Assembly: GCA_016929445.1 (NCBI GenBank)
Contig: JAFGIU010000005.1
Coordinates: 12,899-76,898, forward strand
Direction: 5' to 3'
DNA: 64,000 nucleotides
Origin: Candidatus Omnitrophota bacterium
Lineage (GTDB): Bacteria > Omnitrophota > Gorgyraeia > JAFGIU01
Part shown: piece after piece, positions 57,464 through 64,000 of the stretch
How positions within the stretch are numbered: the first letter of the stretch is position 1
Layout: each line of letters starts with the position of its first letter
Translations under genes and position numbers: made by a program
Notes under the pieces: model-generated
What the model was told of the DNA's origin: nothing
The model's input: the letters and a program-made list of their open reading frames with translations, nothing else
The model's database searches: none

Positions 57464-60346
57464 TTGCTAAGGGACTCCTCCATGATTCAGTCACTTTTCC
57501 GGACATTGGCCTTTGTGTTGGGCCTTATACCGCTTGCAATAACCCCTTGCCTTGCGCCGGCCATTGCCGAAACACCGGTTATTCAGGGCACAGCCTTGGC
57601 TGTCAGGCCCTTCTTTGAAGAGGGGATCGAGGAGTGGTTATATGTGCATGGCGGTATGGAGGCCTTGCTCCAAGTCCGCAGTCCGCGTGCCGGTGTGCGG
57701 ACGGAGGGTTCTGGTCTAAGCAGAGAGGACTCACAAGCATTTATGGTGCTTTTGATGGCATTAGCGGCGAATCGAACCGGCAGTCTTGGCACCCTCGTTC
57801 GGCTCAAAGAGGAAACGGTTCGCCCGGCGTTTGCTGCGCGGGAATTGGAGGAGCGCGTTCAAAGCCTTTTGGATGAAATCAGCACTGATGATCCGGCAAT
57901 CCTGAGGGATCAAGAGGCAGCAGCGATTCAATCCTGGTTGGAGGGCCAGACCGTTGTTACCGCTGCTTTGGCTGAGCCCCCTTCGATTTATCGGCAGATG
58001 GTTCCTGAACAAAAGTCCAATGTGCTCTTTGCCTCTACCTTGCAGACAGCGGATCCAGTGTATGCAGGCAGCGGGAGGAAGTTGAATGAGTTCAAGGGCA
58101 ATCCGCCGACCCGGCAGTTTTTTCACGAACTTTTGCGCAGGCTGCATGTGATGCAATTTTATGACATGCAAACACTTCTTGCGGACCTCCGATTTCCTGG
58201 GAGCGAGCTCTATCAAGCCATTCATGATGGGCAACTGGATGCTGTTTGCCTATCGGGGTATGAGACGCAAATTGTCCTCCTATTGCAGGTGGCTGACACG
58301 ATAAAGGCAATCAACCCGCAAATGCCGGTTCTGGTTGGCGGCCATATTACCGAGAGTTTTCATCCGGCCCTTCTGACGCAGCATTTCTCAATTGATATTG
58401 CCTGTCGCGGACTGGGGGAATACGTTTTGCCGATGCTCTTGAAGGGGCTGAAGGAAATCGGCAACCGAAACCAGCAGGGGCTGGATGAGGCAGCCGTGCA
58501 GCGTTTGATGGACTTGTCCCTTACCCGGACACTCCGGCAAGGTCAGACGGTGTCTGTTCGCCTTGGCGATGCTGCGGGCGATGGATGTGTGGCTATCCGG
58601 GATGCGCAGGGCAGGGTTTATGTGAGTGGCCCCGCCCCGGAGGCGGCGAATCCCGGGAACTTCGGGAAACCGGTATGGTCGCGGGATTCCCAGATCGAGG
58701 CACTTGTGAAGTTGCTTCCTGATACAGACTTGGCTCAACTCCGAAAGCTGGGTCTTCAGTTTATGGGAAGTATGGAGCCGGATCTTGCGGCAAGCCGATT
58801 CTATCCTCAAGGATCCGAAGAATGGGACGATATTGCCTTCTATGCGGGATGTCCGGGAGGCATGGCTGTTATCCAGCTTAACGACGGTTGCAGACATGGA
58901 AAGAATTGTCCATTTTGTCCGGTCGGTCAAAGGCCGCTGAACCGGCCAGGCCCGGACCGCGTTTTGGATATCATTGGAGAGGCTGTCGAGGAGGGAGCGA
59001 CGGAAGTCTTCCTGGCGGCTGATGATGTGACAGGTGGTTCCTGGCTGAGGAGGCTGGCGCAGGGCATGCGGCAGCGAAATTTGTCAAACAAGGTGGCCGT
59101 ATGGGCTCATTCACGCGTTCCCAGCGGATCTGAAATCCAGGAGTTTGTTCAAATGGCACGGGATGGTGTGATAGTCTCGAACGGGATCGGGTGTGACGGT
59201 TTTACTCCACAGTTGATTGGACCTGAAGGCTTGGGCAAGGCCTGGGGGCGGAGAGACCGGACGCCGGAGAGTTATCTTGAAGATGCCAGAGCCTTTGCCC
59301 GGGCTATGATAAGGGAAGGGTTTCCTGTCCAATACAATTTTATTGCTGTTCCGCGGGGTTATGACCCAGACTCGATATCTTTGCGCGATGTGGTGGAGGG
59401 GATCAGCGGTCTGAGCAGTTTCATGTGGGATCTGCAGCAAAGTACAGGCAGGACGCTGATTCCCACGTTCTCGGTCTATGTGTATCCTGTGGCCGGAGCG
59501 CCTTTAACCGAGCGTTGCACGTGGGACAATCAACCCACCCGGGTTGTGTTCACGGAAACCGAGCTGTCCAGGAAAGAATGGTACACCGGTGTGGATGAGA
59601 ATACCGGAGAATCTTTTAGTGTGGAACTTCACCGCATCGGGGACACGTGGGGCGAATTAGTGCCTTTGCGAGAGATTGAATCGAATGGAGAAGAGAGGCG
59701 ATATGTCTGCGTCTTCAGGCCGCTTTATTTCAGTTATTCTCAAGATTTAAAGAATCTGCGGGATGCGTTGGCAAGGCAGTATGGGAAGAACATTGAAGTG
59801 CGCCGCGACCTCGGACTTATGCAGGCTATCGCCGAGTGGGTTTCTCAGAACGGGGATGATCCCTCAAAAAGGATTGCGAGGAAAGCTTTGGGATTTATTG
59901 AGCAAATGAAATATAGTTTTCAAGACAACGAGCGTCGCTCTCATGAAATGTTGGGGGCACTTTTGAGGCACAAAGCCCAAGAGCTGGCGATGGCAGAGTT
60001 TGTTTCTCCTGACCCGGACCGTCGATGGTTGCCTTGGGATCAAATCTATCATGACTATGGTTTGGAAATTCATAGTTGGGTCATTTCTCGCGATATTCTC
60101 AAGGAATTAAGGGACTTAACCAATGGCATGACCTCTGCACAGGAATATCTGGAAATGCTTCAACAGATTCTTGCCTATTTCAATCAAGGAAAGTTTACTC
60201 CATCCGATGCAATCCGGCATCAGATCTTGGAGAATACGGAAAGCTTTCTGTCCAACTGGATTTGTCTTGTAGAAGCGGCGAAGTCACGGGAAGCGCCGCC
60301 TGCGACATGGACTGGGTTTGTGCCGGAGATTGAGTATTGCCTGTAA
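57464..60346 (+). CDS. 960-aa protein with B12-binding-like and radical-SAM-like core (non-canonical CX5CX2C), signal-like N-terminus and a ~350-aa C-terminal extension
   Basis: B12-domain-like DAVCLSGYETQ...PVLVGGHITESFH...DIACRGLGEY. Cys cluster AGCPGGMAVIQLNDGCRHGKNCPFCPV, followed by RPGPDRVLDIIGEAVEEGATEVFLAADDV, the typical post-cluster radical-SAM segment. N-terminus MIQSLFRTLAFVLGLIPLAITPCLAPAIA. Confidence 0.5.
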   Translation: MLRDSSMIQSLFRTLAFVLGLIPLAITPCLAPAIAETPVIQGTALAVRPFFEEGIEEWLYVHGGMEALLQVRSPRAGVRTEGSGLSREDSQAFMVLLMALAANRTGSLGTLVRLKEETVRPAFAARELEERVQSLLDEISTDDPAILRDQEAAAIQSWLEGQTVVTAALAEPPSIYRQMVPEQKSNVLFASTLQTADPVYAGSGRKLNEFKGNPPTRQFFHELLRRLHVMQFYDMQTLLADLRFPGSELYQAIHDGQLDAVCLSGYETQIVLLLQVADTIKAINPQMPVLVGGHITESFHPALLTQHFSIDIACRGLGEYVLPMLLKGLKEIGNRNQQGLDEAAVQRLMDLSLTRTLRQGQTVSVRLGDAAGDGCVAIRDAQGRVYVSGPAPEAANPGNFGKPVWSRDSQIEALVKLLPDTDLAQLRKLGLQFMGSMEPDLAASRFYPQGSEEWDDIAFYAGCPGGMAVIQLNDGCRHGKNCPFCPVGQRPLNRPGPDRVLDIIGEAVEEGATEVFLAADDVTGGSWLRRLAQGMRQRNLSNKVAVWAHSRVPSGSEIQEFVQMARDGVIVSNGIGCDGFTPQLIGPEGLGKAWGRRDRTPESYLEDARAFARAMIREGFPVQYNFIAVPRGYDPDSISLRDVVEGISGLSSFMWDLQQSTGRTLIPTFSVYVYPVAGAPLTERCTWDNQPTRVVFTETELSRKEWYTGVDENTGESFSVELHRIGDTWGELVPLREIESNGEERRYVCVFRPLYFSYSQDLKNLRDALARQYGKNIEVRRDLGLMQAIAEWVSQNGDDPSKRIARKALGFIEQMKYSFQDNERRSHEMLGALLRHKAQELAMAEFVSPDPDRRWLPWDQIYHDYGLEIHSWVISRDILKELRDLTNGMTSAQEYLEMLQQILAYFNQGKFTPSDAIRHQILENTESFLSNWICLVEAAKSREAPPATWTGFVPEIEYCL

Positions 60347-60440
60347 ATGTCTGGGGATCCCCGGCGGTCTGCTGCGCCGGACAGGGATGGCCGGTTCATG
60401 TTCCCCGGAGAGCTCGTGCCTTACCCGGTCCAGTTAATAT

Positions 60441-60486
60441 TTGACAGCAAACAGAATGGTGTTATGATTAGTAAAAAGGTAACACC
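60441..60486 (+). promoter_or_regulatory. nikR promoter (TTGACA-N16-TATGAT) overlapping inverted repeat GGTGTTA-N15-TAACACC, candidate NikR operator
   Basis: -35 at 60441-60446, -10 at 60463-60468. The IR arms lie at 60458-60464 and 60480-60486, abutting the nikR ATG. Confidence 0.45.
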
Positions 60487-60939
60487 ATGTCTCAAGTTTC
60501 CCGCTTCGGCGTTTCCCTCGATTCCGATCTTCTAACGCAGTTTGATGCCTGGATTGCGAAAAAGGGTATTGCCAATCGTTCCCAGGCAGTGGGCCAGTTG
60601 GTCCGGGAGACTTTGGCTCAAGAGGACTGGAGGCAGCAGGGAAAGGATGTGGTCGGGACGCTCACCTTGGTTTATGACCATGAACACCGTATCCTCAACC
60701 GCACACTCACAACCACGCAGCACACCCATCACCATGAAATTGTCTGTTCTCAGCATGTGCATCTTGATGAGGCGAACTGCTTGGAGGTTATTGTGCTCAG
60801 AGGTAGCGCCCGGGCTGTGCAGCATGCAGCCGACCATTTGTCTTCCTTAAAAGGGGTTAAGCACGCACATTTTGTGGGAACGAGTTCCGGGAAAGTATCC
60901 ATTCACAAACAAAAGGGGATTCCCCATGCACATTCCTGA
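60487..60939 (+). CDS. nikR: nickel-responsive regulator NikR
   Basis: Ribbon-helix-helix N-terminus (RFGVSLDSDLLTQFDAWIAKKGIANRSQAVGQLVRE), then a C-terminal metal-binding domain with His-rich HTHHHE and conserved His/Cys. Confidence 0.85.
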   Translation: MSQVSRFGVSLDSDLLTQFDAWIAKKGIANRSQAVGQLVRETLAQEDWRQQGKDVVGTLTLVYDHEHRILNRTLTTTQHTHHHEIVCSQHVHLDEANCLEVIVLRGSARAVQHAADHLSSLKGVKHAHFVGTSSGKVSIHKQKGIPHAHS

Positions 60940-61660
60940 TTCGATGTTACACGGCGCAGTTTGTCCGGTTACGCTTGCTGTGGGCGCAGCCGGAGTTGCA
61001 GTTGCAGCAAGGGCCGCATCGCGGTCTGAATCAAAACCAACGTCTGCCCGCTTTGCCGCCATTACGGCGCTTATTCTGGCAGCCCAGATGATCAATTTCC
61101 CCGTGGCGAGCGGAACCTCCGGCCATTTGGTCGGGGGCGTATTAGCCGCGGCGCTTTTAGGTATCCCTTTTGCCGTCCTTTCTATGACAACGGTCTTGGC
61201 CATTCAAGCCTTTCTATTTGCGGATGGGGGCATGTTTGCGCTGGGTGCCAATGTGATTAACATGGCTTTGATCGGGGCGGGTGCCGGCGGCTGGATTTAC
61301 CAAAGGATCTCGAAAGATGAATCATTGGGTGGTGCACAGTCCATGGCCGGGTTGGCCCTTGCTTCCTGGATTTCGGTGTTTCTGGCTGCAGGGGCTTGCA
61401 GTGTTGAATTGGCCTGGTCCGGGGCGGCAGAATGGTCGGCAGTTCTTCCTGCCATGGCCGGGATTCATGCGTTAATCGGTTTGAGCGAAGCTGTCCTGAC
61501 TGTAGGCTTAGCCTGGGCCCTGACGCGCGAGCCCGCAGTGAGGCAACCGGTGCTTGTCCCCCTGGCCGCGGCCTTTGTCGTAGCTGTTTTGCTCAGTCCT
61601 TTTGCCAGTAGGCTTCCCGACGGTTTGGAGACTGTGGCCCGTCAACTCGGCATTCTATGA
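60926..61660 (+). CDS. nikM: CbiM/NikM-type ECF transporter substrate-capture (S) component
   Basis: N-terminal MHIPD (the Met-His metal-binding N-terminus of CbiM/NikM), then 6-7 TM helices. Overlaps the nikR 3' end by 14 nt. Confidence 0.75.
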   Translation: MHIPDSMLHGAVCPVTLAVGAAGVAVAARAASRSESKPTSARFAAITALILAAQMINFPVASGTSGHLVGGVLAAALLGIPFAVLSMTTVLAIQAFLFADGGMFALGANVINMALIGAGAGGWIYQRISKDESLGGAQSMAGLALASWISVFLAAGACSVELAWSGAAEWSAVLPAMAGIHALIGLSEAVLTVGLAWALTREPAVRQPVLVPLAAAFVVAVLLSPFASRLPDGLETVARQLGIL

Positions 61661-62799
61661 AAAGGTGGGCGCTGACAATTGCTTTGCTGAGTGGCCTGAG
61701 TCTTAATGTCCAAGCCTTGGCTTCGACGGCTGCTCTGCTGGAAGAAACGGATATTGGCTTTGGGGCGACGGGGGTCGTTCAGGGCACGGATCAGGCAAAC
61801 GGTGATGATCTGTTGCAGCCTGAAGAAAGTGCGAGCGAAGCCTCCTATTCCATCGACGTTGAGATCGAGAAGTTGTTCGGCGAGTCCGGCACAGGTTTTC
61901 TTCACCTGGAGGCAGGGGGTGGTGCCGGGATTGACTCTGCAGTAAAAGCCTTCAGTCCGCTGAACTATGATGCGGATGACGATGAAAACGTTCGGGTGAC
62001 CGAGCTTTTCTACGAACATTCTTTCAGCAAGTTGCCTCTGTTTGTTACCGCAGGCAAGCTGGACCCCACTGTCTATCTCGATGTCAATAACTACGCGAAT
62101 GATGAGTGTTCGCAATTTCTCGGAGGCATTTTCCGGAACTCCCAGACCATTGAGTTCCCGGACAATGCCGCCGGATTACGGGCCTCGTATGATCCCACCG
62201 AGTTCCTTGATTTGGAATTCCTGGCCCTGGATGCAGACGCGGATTTTTCCGACATATTGGGAGACCTCTTCCTTGCCGCCCAAGTTACCCTGGTTCCGCA
62301 TTTGTGGGAACGGCCGGGGAACTACCGTTTCTTTGCCTGGACCAATAACGCCTCCCACACCAAATGGCTCGACACAACCCGGAGTTCTGAAGACGGTTTT
62401 GGCGCGGGGCTAAGTTGGGACCAGGCGTTGACTGATCAAGCCGGGGCTTTCTTGCGCTATGCCTGGCAAGATTCTTCCGTGTCCCTTGAGGGGGCGGATT
62501 TCTCTCTGGAGCACTCGTGGAGTCTGGGAGTGCAGTTGACAGGCGAGGGCTGGAAGCGGGATGCGGATGTGTTGGGTTTAGCAGTGGGACAAAACCTTCC
62601 TTCCCACGATTACAAAAAAAGCCAGGGCGCAAAAGGCCGCGCGGAAACCCATCTGGAGCTTTACTACAATTGGGCAGCGCATGAGAATCTTACCTTAACG
62701 CCGGACCTTCAGGTGGTGTGGGAACCCTTTGGGGGAGATGCCGCAAACGGAACGGACACCTTGTGGGTGGGCGGTCTTCGGGCTCAGATGGATTTCTAG
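61657..62799 (+). CDS. acidic outer-membrane beta-barrel porin (OprB-like, tentative)
   Basis: Signal peptide MKRWALTIALLSGLSLNVQALA, an alternating beta-strand pattern, C-terminal ...LRAQMDF, very D/E-rich. ATGA-coupled to nikM. Confidence 0.45.
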   Translation: MKRWALTIALLSGLSLNVQALASTAALLEETDIGFGATGVVQGTDQANGDDLLQPEESASEASYSIDVEIEKLFGESGTGFLHLEAGGGAGIDSAVKAFSPLNYDADDDENVRVTELFYEHSFSKLPLFVTAGKLDPTVYLDVNNYANDECSQFLGGIFRNSQTIEFPDNAAGLRASYDPTEFLDLEFLALDADADFSDILGDLFLAAQVTLVPHLWERPGNYRFFAWTNNASHTKWLDTTRSSEDGFGAGLSWDQALTDQAGAFLRYAWQDSSVSLEGADFSLEHSWSLGVQLTGEGWKRDADVLGLAVGQNLPSHDYKKSQGAKGRAETHLELYYNWAAHENLTLTPDLQVVWEPFGGDAANGTDTLWVGGLRAQMDF

Positions 62800-62846
62800 G
62801 TTCCACCTTCCTATATAGTAGAATATATGGCAAAAAGGAGGCGGGA

Positions 62847-64000
62847 ATGAGTTCGCAGCGTTTTTACCTGGGCGAGGAGCATTTACCCAAACGTTGGTAT
62901 AATCTTGCCGCTGATTTGCCTCAGCCCATGCCTCCGCCTCTGAGCCTGGAGGGGGTGCCCATCGGGCCCGAGATGCTCGCCAAGGTTTTTCCAATGAACC
63001 TCATCGAGCAGGAGATGTGCCAGGACCGTTGGGTCGATATTCCTGAGGAAATCCTGCGCATTTTGGCGCGTTGGCGTCCCACCCCGCTCGTGCGAGCCAA
63101 GTATTTAGAAGAATACCTGGACACTCCTGCCCGTATCTATTTCAAAGACGAAAGTGTGAGTCCTCCCGGCAGCCACAAGCCCAATACAGCAGTTGCGCAG
63201 GCCTGGTACAACAAGGAATTCGGCATCAAACGCCTTACCACCGAGACCGGCGCAGGCCAGTGGGGGAGTTCTCTAGCCTTTGCCTGCCAGTTTTTTGATT
63301 TGGAGTGCAAGGTCTTTATGGTGAGGGTGAGCTTTGAGCAAAAGCCTGCGCGCAAATCCATGATGAATTTATGGGGGGCCAACTGTGTTCCGAGTCCCAG
63401 CACAGAAACAGCCGTGGGCCGGATGATCCGGGAGAAATTGCCGGATACGCCGGGGAGCTTGGGAATTGCGATTAGCGAGGCAGTTGAGGCTGCGGTCAGC
63501 GATGAATCCGGCCAAACGCGTTATTCGCTTGGAAGTGTCCTCAATCATGTGATACTACACCAGACCATCATTGGTTTGGAGGCCAAGGAGCAGATGGCGT
63601 CTGCAGGAGAAAAGGCCCCGGACATCATTATTGGTTGCGCCGGCGGTGGAAGCAACTTTGCGGGTTTGGCCTTTCCTTTTGTGCACGATAAGCTCGACGG
63701 CACCCGCATCCAAATCGTCCCTACTGAACCCATGGCCTGTCCGACTATGACGCGCGGGAAGTATTGGTATGATTTTGGGGACATGGCGGAGATGACTCCT
63801 CTTTTGCCCATGCTGACGCTCGGGCATTCCTTTGTGCCTGCGCCGATTCATGCGGGAGGCCTGAGATACCACGGCATGGCTCCCCTGGTGAGCGCGGCCA
63901 TTGATCAAGGACTTTTTGATCCACGATCCTATGACCAGGTCCTTTGTTATGAAGCGGCGATGACTTGGGCGCGCACCCAGGGTACGATCTGTGCTCCGGA
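62847..64000 (+). CDS. TrpB2-type (COG1350) tryptophan-synthase-beta-like PLP enzyme, 3'-truncated by window end
   Basis: KRWYNLAADLPQPMPPPL N-terminal signature of TrpB2, a PLP-lysine region (SPPGSHKPNTAVAQAW), and GGGSNFAG. No stop before position 64000. Confidence 0.7.
   Translation, partial: MSSQRFYLGEEHLPKRWYNLAADLPQPMPPPLSLEGVPIGPEMLAKVFPMNLIEQEMCQDRWVDIPEEILRILARWRPTPLVRAKYLEEYLDTPARIYFKDESVSPPGSHKPNTAVAQAWYNKEFGIKRLTTETGAGQWGSSLAFACQFFDLECKVFMVRVSFEQKPARKSMMNLWGANCVPSPSTETAVGRMIREKLPDTPGSLGIAISEAVEAAVSDESGQTRYSLGSVLNHVILHQTIIGLEAKEQMASAGEKAPDIIIGCAGGGSNFAGLAFPFVHDKLDGTRIQIVPTEPMACPTMTRGKYWYDFGDMAEMTPLLPMLTLGHSFVPAPIHAGGLRYHGMAPLVSAAIDQGLFDPRSYDQVLCYEAAMTWARTQGTICAP

Overview
This is a 64-kb, gene-dense chromosomal segment of roughly 55% GC, apparently from an anaerobic or microaerophilic diderm bacterium. 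I found no rRNA, tRNA or CRISPR array, and no transposase or integrase. About 65 protein-coding genes are present, mostly on the + strand, and stress, detoxification and ion-homeostasis functions dominate. Gene order (left to right): a two-operon arsenic island (arsR, ArsP-type permease, thioredoxin-like protein, ArsF-like and ArsG-like proteins, convergent with arsR-arsC-acr3); a HigB/HigA-like toxin-antitoxin pair; a SAM-methyltransferase, DsrE-like protein and APC permease bounded by a ~57-bp direct repeat; a GT9 heptosyltransferase; mscL; a signal-peptide katG; a SulP transporter; an MFS transporter; a DSP-phosphatase lipoprotein; an OmpR-type two-component system followed by an orphan receiver, four tandem Hsp20 genes and a signal-peptide inorganic pyrophosphatase; MarC; a GyrI-like protein; two paralogous glycine-zipper lipoproteins; an ECF sigma factor, anti-sigma factor, Spy/CpxP-like protein, RND pump and TolC; mdh; a MATE transporter; MipA; dps; ppc; mgtE; ldcA; an ATP-grasp protein; a second MFS transporter; corA; a metallophosphoesterase; a 1097-aa secreted protein of unknown function; an M48 protease with two N-terminal zinc ribbons; hcp and hcpR; a 960-aa B12-binding radical-SAM-like protein; nikR, nikM and a porin gene; and a TrpB2-like gene that runs off the window end. 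Non-coding highlights: a family of ~55-bp palindromic REP-like elements (six copies, single or as inverted pairs, all at gene 3' ends); promoter and operator palindromes for arsR, higBA and nikR; a candidate HcpR box; a perfect 16-bp hairpin between the sigma and anti-sigma genes; and a C-terminal remnant of an MscS gene. The most novel-looking items: the radical-SAM-like protein with a non-canonical CX5CX2C motif and a signal-like N-terminus next to an orphan nikM-porin operon; the REP-like repeat family; the TCS-receiver-Hsp20x4-pyrophosphatase module; the paralogous lipoproteins with an unrecognised conserved C-terminal domain; and the unknown 1097-aa secreted protein.
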